Notes: generated by a model not told the origin, from the sequence alone. Shown: positions 26,085 to 37,628, numbered from the stretch's first letter. The stretch is 49,899 nucleotides of DNA from Nitrospiraceae bacterium (GCA_035715525.1 DASTLA010000004.1:1-49899), one strand, 5' to 3'. Numbers and translations: made by a program.

Positions 26085-26787
26085 CCGGTTAAGAACGACG
26101 GCTGCCTTGTGTGCCGGCCTCATGACGCTCGCAACTGTGCTGTCCATGGCGGCGTGCTCGGCCTCCCCCAGCACAAAGCAACAACGGGTGGAGGTCGCAA
26201 AATTGCCGCCTCCCAAGACAACGGGATCGCTCTGGCAGGAAGAAAACGGTCGAGCCTACCTTTATGAAGACCTGCGGGCAATGCGAGTGGGAGACATCAT
26301 CACGATTCTGATCGCGGAGAAGCACAAAGGGTCAAAGAGCGCCGATACGAGCGCCGAAAAAGACTCCAGCATCACGAATAGCCTGGAAGGCGGCGCCTTA
26401 GGCTACCTCGGCATCCCGGGGCTGCGATTGGGTGCCGAGGCAACGCGCGGATTGGGCATCGATGCCAGTGCAAAGAACAAATTCGGCGGTAAGGGAGCCA
26501 CCAACCGCGAGGACACTCTGACCGGCACCATTTCGGCGATCGTCACCGAGGTCCTGCCCAACGGCGATTTGCGGGTCGAGGGGAGACGCGAAGTGACGGT
26601 GAATTCGGAGCGGCAGATCATGACGATCGCTGGAATCGTGCGTCGGGTCGACGTGAACACGAAAAACACCGTGCAATCCACGGCGATTGCGGATGCGAAG
26701 ATCGAATATTCCGGGCTCGGCGTCGTCGACGACGTTCAGCGGCCGGGATGGTTTGTCAGGATACTTGATTGGATTTATCCCTTCTAA
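26071..26787 (+). CDS. flgH: flagellar L-ring lipoprotein FlgH
   Basis: GTG 26071 yields a lipoprotein signal (RLRTTAALCAGLMTLATVLSMAAC). The FlgH core (GSLWQEE...RAMRVGDIITI...) follows. The track start at 25900 lies deep inside flgA. Confidence 0.9.
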   Translation: MSISNRLRTTAALCAGLMTLATVLSMAACSASPSTKQQRVEVAKLPPPKTTGSLWQEENGRAYLYEDLRAMRVGDIITILIAEKHKGSKSADTSAEKDSSITNSLEGGALGYLGIPGLRLGAEATRGLGIDASAKNKFGGKGATNREDTLTGTISAIVTEVLPNGDLRVEGRREVTVNSERQIMTIAGIVRRVDVNTKNTVQSTAIADAKIEYSGLGVVDDVQRPGWFVRILDWIYPF

Positions 26788-26959
26788 TCGTGACGTCGGG
26801 ATTTTCGTCGATAAAGTAGGGGAAGCGGGTGTGACGATGCGTTGGACTAAAGAGCGCTTGCTGGTTGCCCAAACTCTCAAGCTGATGGTTTCGAGCGGCG
26901 TGGTGCGTACCGCTGACGCCGATCCGGCTCTGCTGCCCAGACCATGGGCTCCCCCGGCC

Positions 26960-28141
26960 ATGCCCCCAGAGACTGATCAAGCCGTCCTGCTCACGGCCGT
27001 ACACCCGCTTCGCCGCGCCCTGGTCGGGATGCTGGCCGGCCTCGTGTTCTGGCTCGCCGGCAGCTCCATGGCTGAGGCCGTTCGGGTGAAGGACGTGGCC
27101 ACCATTGAAGGCGTACGCGAGAACCAATTGATCGGATACGGCTTGGTCGTCGGCCTCGATCGCACGGGCGACCAAGTGATCGGTGGTCAGTTCACGATCC
27201 AAGCGATGATGTCCATGTTGAATAAGATGGGAATCAATCTGGTGATCGACCCGATTCAGTTATTGACTCGCAACATCGCTTCCGTGATGGTCACGGCCAA
27301 ACTGCCTCCCTTCGTAAAACCGGGCATGACGCTCGACGCCATTGTGTCTTCCATGGCCAACGCGAAGAGTCTGCAGGGAGGCACCCTGCTGATGACGCCG
27401 CTCAAGGCACCGAATCAGCAGGTGTTCGCGGTCGCGCAGGGGCCCGTCTCCATCGGAGGATTTCTCGGGGGAACCGGCGGGCCAGGAGGCGCGACGGTCT
27501 CAAAGAATCACCAAGCGGCAGGCGTCGTCCCGGCCGGGGCGATCGTCGAAAAGGAAGTGGTAGTCGATATCGACTCCTGGGACTCCGTCTCGGTGCTCCT
27601 GCGCCATCCGGACTTCACGACTGCCATCCGCACCGCAGAAGCGATCGAGGGGACGTTCGGCAAGGGAACGGCGGTCCCCGTCAATGCCGGTCTGGTAAAG
27701 GCCATGCTTCCGGGTACGTTTCGAGGTCGAGTCGTTGAATATATTGCCACGATGGAAGGCCTGGACGTATCGGTCGATGTGGCAGCCAAGGTCGTCGTGA
27801 ATGAACGAACCGGCACGGTCGTGCTCGGGGAGCATGTTCGCCTGTCGACCTGCGCCATCTCGCATGGCAACCTGACGATTTCCGTGAAAAACACCCTCAA
27901 TGTGTCCCAGCCGCTTGCTCCCGTCATCGGATCGTCTCAAGGGCAGACCACGATCACCCCCGACGTCCAAACTGAAGTCAAGGAACAGGAGTCCCGACTG
28001 ATCGTGGTGGACCAAACCGTCACGCTCGGCGACGTCGTACGGGCCTTGAATGCCGTGGGAGTGACGCCCCGTGATCTGGTGGCTATCCTGTCCGCATTGC
28101 GCGCGGCCGGGGCGCTTCAAGCGAACCTTGAAATTGTATAG
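26960..28141 (+). CDS. flgI: flagellar P-ring protein FlgI (start uncertain)
   Basis: Signal-like segment RRALVGMLAGLVFWLAGSSMAEA, then the mature N-terminus RVKDVATIEGVRENQLIGYGLVVGLDRTGD. In-frame alternative starts are GTG 26831 and ATG 26837, which have a better RBS but give a pre-sequence too long for Sec export. Confidence 0.85.
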   Translation: MPPETDQAVLLTAVHPLRRALVGMLAGLVFWLAGSSMAEAVRVKDVATIEGVRENQLIGYGLVVGLDRTGDQVIGGQFTIQAMMSMLNKMGINLVIDPIQLLTRNIASVMVTAKLPPFVKPGMTLDAIVSSMANAKSLQGGTLLMTPLKAPNQQVFAVAQGPVSIGGFLGGTGGPGGATVSKNHQAAGVVPAGAIVEKEVVVDIDSWDSVSVLLRHPDFTTAIRTAEAIEGTFGKGTAVPVNAGLVKAMLPGTFRGRVVEYIATMEGLDVSVDVAAKVVVNERTGTVVLGEHVRLSTCAISHGNLTISVKNTLNVSQPLAPVIGSSQGQTTITPDVQTEVKEQESRLIVVDQTVTLGDVVRALNAVGVTPRDLVAILSALRAAGALQANLEIV

Positions 28142-28164
28142 GGAGAACTGAGGAACCCGCTGCC

Positions 28165-28500
28165 ATGGACCTGTCGAACTTCATAAGGGGTCAACTGGAC
28201 CTGGCTACGATGGATACCGCCCAGGCTTTCCGGCTACCCGGCGAAGTCGCCCAGCTCAAGCAGGATGCAGGGCGAACCTCGGGCAATTTGCACAAGGCCG
28301 CACAAGAGTTCGAGTCTTACTTTATTTCCTATCTCATGAAGACGATGCGTGAAACGGTCCCGCATGGTCTGCTCGATCGCAAAGGCGAAGAGGTTTGGTA
28401 CAGCTTTTATGACCAGGAAATCGCACACTTGGCTACGGAAGCCGGAGGCATCGGCATCGCTAAATTCATTGACGCCTATATCGAAAAAACTCGGTCATAA
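28165..28500 (+). CDS. flgJ: FlgJ-type rod-binding protein (no peptidoglycan hydrolase domain)
   Basis: Rod-binding block AAQEFESYFISYLMKTMRETV...FYDQEIAHLATEAGGIGIAKFI. Only 111 aa. Confidence 0.8.
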   Translation: MDLSNFIRGQLDLATMDTAQAFRLPGEVAQLKQDAGRTSGNLHKAAQEFESYFISYLMKTMRETVPHGLLDRKGEEVWYSFYDQEIAHLATEAGGIGIAKFIDAYIEKTRS

Positions 28501-28513
28501 AGGCCGTTTCTGC

Positions 28514-28541
28514 TAAAGTTCCCCGTAGGGTAGACCGATAA
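28514..28541 (+). promoter_or_regulatory. sigma-28 (FliA) promoter for flgM
   Basis: TAAAGTTC-N12-ACCGATAA compared with the consensus TAAAGTTT-N11-GCCGATAA, 60 nt upstream of the flgM ATG. Confidence 0.7.
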
Positions 28542-28600
28542 AGGAGTCGACCGGGCAACAGGCGCTTCGGGGCTCCTTTCGGAATCGGAGGGAACAGCAG

Positions 28601-28909
28601 ATGGAGATTTCGAACAACGGCCGCGCGGCAGATCTGGCGAAAATCCTACTGGGAGTGCAAGAGACCCAGCGCACGATGTCCCAGAAAGCAGTCTCGCAGG
28701 ACGCCGGCGCACAAGACAGTGTTCAGATTTCCGAGCAAGCGAAGGAACTACAGCGGCTTCATGGACTGGTAGAGCAGCCGGACGTCGAACGCCAGGCCCG
28801 AGTTGACCGACTTCAGGCCTCGGTGGAGGCGGGGACTTATACCGTCGATGGCAAGAAGGTCGCGGACGCGATCATTCGCAATGTGCTGACGGATTCGATC
28901 CTCTCCTAA
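28601..28909 (+). CDS. flgM: anti-sigma-28 factor FlgM
   Basis: 102 aa with a C-terminal FlgM block (RVDRLQASVEAGTYTVDGKKVADAIIRNVL). A sigma-28 promoter lies upstream. Confidence 0.8.
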   Translation: MEISNNGRAADLAKILLGVQETQRTMSQKAVSQDAGAQDSVQISEQAKELQRLHGLVEQPDVERQARVDRLQASVEAGTYTVDGKKVADAIIRNVLTDSILS

Positions 28910-28977
28910 CTTCTCTCGCGTCGACGCTGCCAGGCCCCGACCGTCACGTTTCGGGTCCGTTCATCCGATGAGGGCAC

Positions 28978-29424
28978 ATGGCGTCGACTCCACAAAACGA
29001 CAGCTCCACACCGCCCGAATCGCTGCTCGGGCGCATGCGCGCCAAGATGAGCGAATTCCAAGCCCTGTTGAGAGAAGAGCAGCAAGCCATTCGCTGTCTT
29101 TCCTTCGGACAGTTTTCCAGCGTCACGCTGCGTAAGGAACGGTTGCTCGAAGAGATTCGTATTCTGGAGGGGCAGCGCCGCAGCGCGATGGGGACCGTCC
29201 GGGAAGCATCGGACTGGCTCGAGCGGGAAGAATCGGCCCTGGCGACGGCCATCGCGGAAACCGATCGCATGAACCGATTCAATGCCGCCCTGATTGGACA
29301 ATCTCTTCAGTTTCTTGAAGGAACGCTGCGGCTCTGGCAGCGGTCGCCCGAGTCGGCCGCGCTGTATTCCTCGTCCGGCGCCATGGTTCCAAGCGGCGGC
29401 GCACGGATTCGAACCCAAGGCTGA
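28978..29424 (+). CDS. flgN: FlgN-like export chaperone for FlgK/FlgL (tentative)
   Basis: 148-aa helical protein between flgM and flgK, matching the FlgN position. Sequence signature is weak (FQALLREEQQAIRCLSF...). Confidence 0.5.
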   Translation: MASTPQNDSSTPPESLLGRMRAKMSEFQALLREEQQAIRCLSFGQFSSVTLRKERLLEEIRILEGQRRSAMGTVREASDWLEREESALATAIAETDRMNRFNAALIGQSLQFLEGTLRLWQRSPESAALYSSSGAMVPSGGARIRTQG

Positions 29425-29426
29425 TC

Positions 29427-30818
29427 ATGTCGCTCAACGCGCTGTTCGGGATCGGGACCAATGCGCTTGCCACGTTTCAGCAGGCGCTGTCGGTCACCGG
29501 TCAGAACATCTCGAACGTGAACACCCCGGGCCATTCGCGTCAGGAAATCATTCTCAGTGAGACACAACCCCAGAATTCCCGGCCGGGCCAGGTCGGAACC
29601 GGTGTCGAAGCCGAGCAGATTCGACGGTCCGTCGACACGTTCGTCGAGCAGCAATTACAGAACTCGCATGAGCGCCTGGGACAATTCGGCGCGACCAGAA
29701 GCGCGCTGAATCAAATCGAACCGTTTTTCGCTGACTCCAATGATCTCGGTGTCGGCGCAGCCATGAACGAGTTTTTCTCGGCCTGGCAGGACGTGGCCAA
29801 CAACCCGACCGATTTGACCGGGCGCACCGTGCTGCTTTCGAAGGCTGCAGTCTTGACCGGCCGCTTCAATCAGGCGGCCGTTCAACTCGCCGATCAGCGG
29901 GAAGCACTCGACGGGCAGGTGCGACAGGGGATCACGGATATCAATGGTCTGGCGGACCAGGTGGCCGACCTCAATGTCCAGATCAAATTCGCCGAGGTCA
30001 GCGGCCAGCAGGCCAACGATCTACGAGATCAACGAGGGCGGCTGCTCAACCAGCTCGCCGAATTGATTGACATTTCGACCTTGGAAGACTCGACCGGGCA
30101 AGTCAACGTGTTCATCGGAAACGGACAGAGCTTGGTGGCGGGCCATACGACGTACGACCTCTCAGGCGTATCCAACTCGAGCAACGGCGGTCTCGTAGAT
30201 GTCATGTACGACGCCGGCAGCGGGGCGACCACGCCTCTCCAGTCGGTGATAACCGGCGGCCGGCTGAAAGGATTGCTCGACTCCCGCGACACGATCATTC
30301 CGTCGCTGCAGACGACGCTGGACACCCTCGCGGCCCAACTGGTGAGTCAGATCAATACCCAGCATCAGGCCGGCTATGGGCTGGACGGGTCTACGGCCCA
30401 GGCGTTTTTTTCCTCGGGCGGAACCACGGCGGCGAAGATGTCCGTAGCACTCACGGACCGCAACAAGATCGCCGCTTCCTCGACCGCTGCCGGGGTCCCG
30501 GGCAACAACGTCAATGCGTTGGCGATCACCACGCTGCAGACGACGGCGGTGGCCGGATTGGGCAATACCACCTTTCAGGCCTACTACAGCGCGGCAGCAG
30601 GAAGCTTCGGTGCGACCCTGCAAAGCGCGGAGCGTGATTTGAGTGCGCAAGAAATCATTCATCAGCAGTTGGAGGCGCATCGTGCCGAAGTATCGGGCGT
30701 GTCATTGGATGAAGAGCTGGTCAACCTGCTGAAGTATCAGCGCGCGTTTCAAGTCGCGTCGAAACTGATTACCACCAGCGACGAGATGCTGCAAACCATC
30801 CTCTCGATCAAACGATAG
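29427..30818 (+). CDS. flgK: hook-associated protein 1 FlgK
   Basis: N-terminal ALATFQQALSVTGQNISNVNTPGHSRQ and C-terminal VSLDEELVNLLKYQRAFQVASKLITTSDEMLQT. Confidence 0.92.
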   Translation: MSLNALFGIGTNALATFQQALSVTGQNISNVNTPGHSRQEIILSETQPQNSRPGQVGTGVEAEQIRRSVDTFVEQQLQNSHERLGQFGATRSALNQIEPFFADSNDLGVGAAMNEFFSAWQDVANNPTDLTGRTVLLSKAAVLTGRFNQAAVQLADQREALDGQVRQGITDINGLADQVADLNVQIKFAEVSGQQANDLRDQRGRLLNQLAELIDISTLEDSTGQVNVFIGNGQSLVAGHTTYDLSGVSNSSNGGLVDVMYDAGSGATTPLQSVITGGRLKGLLDSRDTIIPSLQTTLDTLAAQLVSQINTQHQAGYGLDGSTAQAFFSSGGTTAAKMSVALTDRNKIAASSTAAGVPGNNVNALAITTLQTTAVAGLGNTTFQAYYSAAAGSFGATLQSAERDLSAQEIIHQQLEAHRAEVSGVSLDEELVNLLKYQRAFQVASKLITTSDEMLQTILSIKR

Positions 30819-30830
30819 GGAGCGTAAACC

Positions 30831-31721
30831 ATGAGGGTCGCCGATCAGCAGATCTACGGCACGTTGTTGGGCAATCTGCAGCGCTCCCGGCTGCAGATCA
30901 TGGACGCCCAGGAGCAGATTTCCAGCCAGAAAAAGGTCCAGCGGCCCTCCGATGATCCAATGGCCTTTGGTGAAATCGTGCTGGATAAATCGGCGCTCTC
31001 TCGCACGGAGCAATGGATTCGGAACATCTCGTTTGGGCAGTCGCGGATCGACGCCGCGGACAAAGCCGTCTCGCAGGCGCAAGATTTGGTCACTCGGATC
31101 CGGGAGTTGACCATTCAGGGCAGTAGCGACACGACGTCTGCGCAGGGCCGGACCGCGATCGCCCAAGAGGTCCGGCAATTACAGCGTCAGTTGTTGCAAA
31201 TCGCGAATACCGAGGTCGCGGGGCAATTCATTTTTTCCGGGACGGAGACCGATGTGCGGCCTTATTCCAGCACCAGCGGCGACACCGTGGCTTATGCCGG
31301 AAACAGCGAAACGCAGGCGGTGGCGGTGGGAGAAAATCAGACTGTGCAGATCCTGATTCCGGGAAACAGCATTTTTTCTGGCGCGACCACGAATGTCTTC
31401 GATACGGTCCGCGACCTTTTGACGGCGCTCGAAGGCAACGATCGCAGCGGGGTTCAGGCGGCACTGGGAAGCCTCGATCAAGCGACGGCCCAATTGAGCG
31501 ATGCGCAGGGGACGATCGGCGGTTTGGGGAACCGCTTGCAAGTCACCAAGGACGCGCTCGATACCGCGACGTTGACTATTTCGCGCGCGATTTCCGATAA
31601 CCAGGACGCAGATCTGGCCACGGCCATCACGCAGCTACGGATGCAGGAGGTGGCGGTCGAGGCCGCCAGCCAAGCCTTCACCCGGATTTTCGACCAGACG
31701 CTGCTCAACTATCTCCGGTAA
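30831..31721 (+). CDS. flgL: hook-associated protein 3 FlgL
   Basis: Flagellin-like N-terminus (RVADQQIYGTLLGNLQRSRLQIMDAQEQISSQKKV) and C-terminus (DADLATAITQLRMQEVAVEAASQAFTRIF). 296 aa, after flgK. Confidence 0.88.
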   Translation: MRVADQQIYGTLLGNLQRSRLQIMDAQEQISSQKKVQRPSDDPMAFGEIVLDKSALSRTEQWIRNISFGQSRIDAADKAVSQAQDLVTRIRELTIQGSSDTTSAQGRTAIAQEVRQLQRQLLQIANTEVAGQFIFSGTETDVRPYSSTSGDTVAYAGNSETQAVAVGENQTVQILIPGNSIFSGATTNVFDTVRDLLTALEGNDRSGVQAALGSLDQATAQLSDAQGTIGGLGNRLQVTKDALDTATLTISRAISDNQDADLATAITQLRMQEVAVEAASQAFTRIFDQTLLNYLR

Positions 31722-31728
31722 GCATGTC

Positions 31729-31756
31729 TTAAGTCCTTCCTCCCCGTGACCGATAG
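31729..31756 (+). promoter_or_regulatory. candidate sigma-28-type promoter for csrA-fliW
   Basis: TTAAGTCC-N12-ACCGATAG has the same 8-mer-N12-ACCGATA[AG] layout as the flgM promoter. It lies 39 nt upstream of the csrA ATG. Confidence 0.45.
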
Positions 31757-31794
31757 AGACGGGTGAACTGTTTCATTCGCCAAGGAAGGCCGAC

Positions 31795-32052
31795 ATGCTT
31801 GTACTGACGAGGCGCCGCGGAGAAGGTGTCACGATCGGGCCCAATGTCCGTATCGTGGTTCTGGGCATCAAGGGCGGGCAGGTGCGGCTTGGGATCGAGG
31901 CGCCGTCCAATGTCGAAGTGCATCGAGACGAAGTGCATGCCAGAATTCAGGAAGAGAACCGTATGGCGGCAGGAACCGGAGCAATCCCCTTGGAGGCGTT
32001 TCGCCAACTCTCCCAACGAAGCGGCGTCGGGGATCCTAGGAGGCGGCGGTGA
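31795..32052 (+). CDS. csrA: carbon storage regulator CsrA
   Basis: MLVLTRRRGEGVTIGPNVRIVVLGIKGGQVRLGIEAPSNVEVHRDEV. AAGGAAGG RBS upstream. Confidence 0.93.
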   Translation: MLVLTRRRGEGVTIGPNVRIVVLGIKGGQVRLGIEAPSNVEVHRDEVHARIQEENRMAAGTGAIPLEAFRQLSQRSGVGDPRRRR

Positions 32053-32525
32053 AGTGTAGGACCACGCGATTCGGGACGTTGGACATTGCGGAAGAGGCGT
32101 TGCTGACCTTTCCTTCCGGCATACTCGGGTTCGCCGAATGGACCCGGTACGTGCTGCTCGACCATGACACGGAAGCACCGATCAAATGGCTGCAATGCGT
32201 CGAAAATCCTGAATTGGCCTTTGTCGTGCTGGATCCCGTCCTTTTCAAGCCCGATTACCAAGTGGCTCTGGGGGAGGACGCCCTCGCAGAGTTGGAAAGT
32301 CGCGAAGGCGACGACCTGTCCGTGGTCATCATTCTGACCATCCCCTCGGAGGACCCGACCCGTGTGACGGCGAACCTTCGCGGGCCGCTCGTCATGAACC
32401 ACCGCACTCGCCGGTGTAAGCAGTTGGTGTTGTCCGACGACATTCCCACGCGCCATCCGCTTTTCGACACGGCCGTTTCGCGTCCGGGCACACCCGCCAC
32501 ATCGCTTCAGGCCACCGCCTGTTGA
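32049..32525 (+). CDS. fliW: flagellar assembly factor FliW (CsrA antagonist)
   Basis: LTFPSGILGFAEWTRYVLL...WLQCVENPELAFVVLDP. GTGA overlap with the csrA stop. Confidence 0.9.
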   Translation: MKCRTTRFGTLDIAEEALLTFPSGILGFAEWTRYVLLDHDTEAPIKWLQCVENPELAFVVLDPVLFKPDYQVALGEDALAELESREGDDLSVVIILTIPSEDPTRVTANLRGPLVMNHRTRRCKQLVLSDDIPTRHPLFDTAVSRPGTPATSLQATAC

Positions 32526-32556
32526 TCGATCTGTATCCAGCTTAAAGAGAGGAATG

Positions 32557-32572
32557 AGCCGGCCTTCCGGCT
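32557..32572. terminator. hairpin between the convergent fliW and hybrid kinase genes (candidate bidirectional terminator)
   Basis: AGCCGG-cctt-CCGGCT forms a 6-bp GC-rich stem in the 55-nt convergent spacer. Confidence 0.4.
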
Positions 32573-32580
32573 TGAGAGGG

Positions 32581-35412
<2,832 letters not shown>

Positions 35413-35418
35413 GATGGA

Positions 35419-36675
35419 TTACTGTCCCGAAGCCGGCTCCAAGTATGCCGCGACGTTCACCTGCTCGGTCTTCGGGTCGAGCGCGCGGAGAATCGTCCGT
35501 GCCGGCTGAGATCCGCACTCCGCCGAGAGATCGAGCCCGATCGACTCACTGAAGATCTGACCTTTCGCGTCGGTGATGATCCGAATCTTTGGCTTGAGGC
35601 GATGTTCATGGTTCAGTCCGGTGACCAAGGCGGATTCTCCCGTATTGAGCTTGATGAGACTCCCGATCGGATAAACGCCCAGCGCTTTGATGGCCACTTC
35701 GACGACGGCTTTATCGAACCGGCCCTTTTCCCCCAGCACGAACAGTTGGCGGATGGCATCGTGGGGCAACAGCGCTGGCTTGCCGTTCCGCGACGTCACC
35801 ATGCCGTCGTAGGTGTCGACCAGTCCGACGATCTGTACGAGCGGAGACAAGCTCGCGCCGGTGAGCTTGTTGGGGTACCCGCTGCCGTTGAAATGCTCAT
35901 GATGCTCCGCAATGATGTGCCGGACGAGTTCCGGCACGTCCGCCGACTCGGCCATGACCGTCAGTCCAAGTTGGGGATGTTGCTGCATCAGGGCCTTTTC
36001 CTGTGGCAGCAAGATCCCCGATTTGCGGTACAGGTTTCGCGGCAGGCGGGTGTAGCCGATATCATGAAGCATCGCCCCCATTCCCAAGAACTCGCGGTCG
36101 GATTCTTGCAGCCCCTGTTCGTTCGCAACGATCAGCGACAAGACGCACACGTCGATGCCGTGGCTCGCTAGGCTCCGGTCGAACCGTCGCATCTTCTGCA
36201 GGCAAAACTGCATCAACATCGATTCCTGGTGCAGCAGGATTTGGTCCACCACGCGTGCAACCACAGAGCGAACCGACACGAGATTAGGAGCATGGCCGGC
36301 GTCCAGGTCGGCGAAGATGCGTTCCATGGCGGCCGTGGCTTCCCGGTAGGTTGTTCGCGCTTCCGCCATGATCTTCTGGGCGTCAGGCGAAGTCGCAGTC
36401 GGCTCGTCCGTAGAACCGGCTTCGGAAGATCCGGCTGGTTCCTCCGTCGGCCGCGCATCGTCCCCAGCGGCGGCCGCTGCCGGTATGTCGATTCCTTGGT
36501 CGGTATCGATTGTGACTTCTTGGATACCGGCCCCACGCATTTGGAGAACATCGTCCTGGTCCGCGATGAGGCGTTTGTGGAACAAGAAGGGGGTCCGGTA
36601 CCACGGCTGATCCATTGCCACGACGAACATGCCGGGCTTGAGCTCGTCAATGGAGATGCGCTTTGTGCTGGCCAT
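35419..36675 (-). CDS. HD-GYP domain c-di-GMP phosphodiesterase with an N-terminal DUF3391-like domain
   Basis: MLHDIGY (HD) and HHEHFNGSGYP (GYP). The N-terminus reads MASTKRISIDELKPGMFVV. The track start at 36801 is probably an over-extension. Confidence 0.88.
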   Translation of the reverse strand: MASTKRISIDELKPGMFVVAMDQPWYRTPFLFHKRLIADQDDVLQMRGAGIQEVTIDTDQGIDIPAAAAAGDDARPTEEPAGSSEAGSTDEPTATSPDAQKIMAEARTTYREATAAMERIFADLDAGHAPNLVSVRSVVARVVDQILLHQESMLMQFCLQKMRRFDRSLASHGIDVCVLSLIVANEQGLQESDREFLGMGAMLHDIGYTRLPRNLYRKSGILLPQEKALMQQHPQLGLTVMAESADVPELVRHIIAEHHEHFNGSGYPNKLTGASLSPLVQIVGLVDTYDGMVTSRNGKPALLPHDAIRQLFVLGEKGRFDKAVVEVAIKALGVYPIGSLIKLNTGESALVTGLNHEHRLKPKIRIITDAKGQIFSESIGLDLSAECGSQPARTILRALDPKTEQVNVAAYLEPASGQ

Positions 36676-36797
36676 AATTCCTGTGTAGGCGAAAGGTAAG
36701 CAGCGAACCTCCAGGAGTTGCACCATACAGGTCCGCATACTTGATATCGGTTGCTGGCAGATTTGGCTTGAATCCGCACCGTTGAAGGGGGGCAGGC

Positions 36798-36825
36798 TCA
36801 AGGTTTTGTCGATGGGCTCCGATAG
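36798..36825 (+). promoter_or_regulatory. candidate sigma-28-type promoter for the PilZ (YcgR-like) gene
   Basis: TCAAGGTT-N12-TCCGATAG. The -35 box matches 6 of 8 positions, the -10 core is CCGATA, and the spacing equals that of the flgM promoter. Confidence 0.4.
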
Positions 36826-36872
36826 CGTTCATCAGGACACGTTCGTGCACATTGTTGCCGGACCGAGGAGTG

Positions 36873-37592
36873 ATGGGGGAATCGAGTCTTCCATGCCAGT
36901 CTGCCGGCTCGTTTCTGAGTGTCGGGCTGTCGCTGCAAATCAACTTTCAACCGAGTGATTCGCGAATCCAGCACGGTTCGTCGTTGTTGGGATGGCGGGA
37001 AGGAAGCTGGTTGGTCTGCGAGTGGCCGTTCCAATTGGGTCAGCCGGTGGAATGCAGTCCGGGATCGACCTGCCTGATCCGGTACGTGCATCAAGGAAAA
37101 ATGATCGGGTTCCGCAGTGCGGTCATTTCAGCCCATGAGTCTCCATTTCCGTTTCTTCTGCTGAGCTACCCAGCCCAGAGAGAGGAAATGCCGCTCCGCC
37201 GCCATTCGCGTGTTGCCATCAACGAACCAGTCTTGGTCAGAACGATCAGCGGTGCCAATACACGGCGTCCGGAACTGCCGGATCGCATCGGCGGACTCTT
37301 GCGCGATCTCAGCGCGGAGGGTTGTTGCTTATCAGTACAACGGCCGTTACAGGATTTTTTCCCTGGGATGCTCGTTCGGCTGGAATTTGAGGTGATGGGG
37401 GTCGGTCACATCAGCAGTCTAGGGGGTATCGTCCGTAACATCTCGCCGGCGGGGGCAGGCACGGAAGTAGGACTGGAGTTCCGCTTCGACGGAAAGGAAG
37501 CCATCGAATACCGGGGGTGGGGTGCATCGGTACAAAAAGCCCTCGAACAATGGACCAGCCGAGCTCTCGACTCCCCTCCGCAAGAACGATGA
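36873..37592 (+). CDS. PilZ-domain c-di-GMP receptor, YcgR-like (putative flagellar brake)
   Basis: RxxxR (LRRHSRV) and DxSxxG (DLSAEG) c-di-GMP binding motifs in the C-terminal half. An N-terminal beta-rich domain of about 100 aa resembles YcgR. The start is uncertain: TTG 36852 or ATG 36873. Confidence 0.8.
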   Translation: MGESSLPCQSAGSFLSVGLSLQINFQPSDSRIQHGSSLLGWREGSWLVCEWPFQLGQPVECSPGSTCLIRYVHQGKMIGFRSAVISAHESPFPFLLLSYPAQREEMPLRRHSRVAINEPVLVRTISGANTRRPELPDRIGGLLRDLSAEGCCLSVQRPLQDFFPGMLVRLEFEVMGVGHISSLGGIVRNISPAGAGTEVGLEFRFDGKEAIEYRGWGASVQKALEQWTSRALDSPPQER

Positions 37593-37628
37593 ATCACGTC
37601 CCTCGTCGGATCTGAAATTCCTAGCGAC

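Noticed and set aside
36676-36801. A 5' extension of the HD-GYP ORF (MSLPPFNGADSS...) given in the track.
   Set aside because: The DUF3391-type N-terminus begins at MASTKRISIDELKPGM (start 36675). The extension is Cys/Gln-rich, is not expected to be conserved, and overlaps the divergent promoter region.
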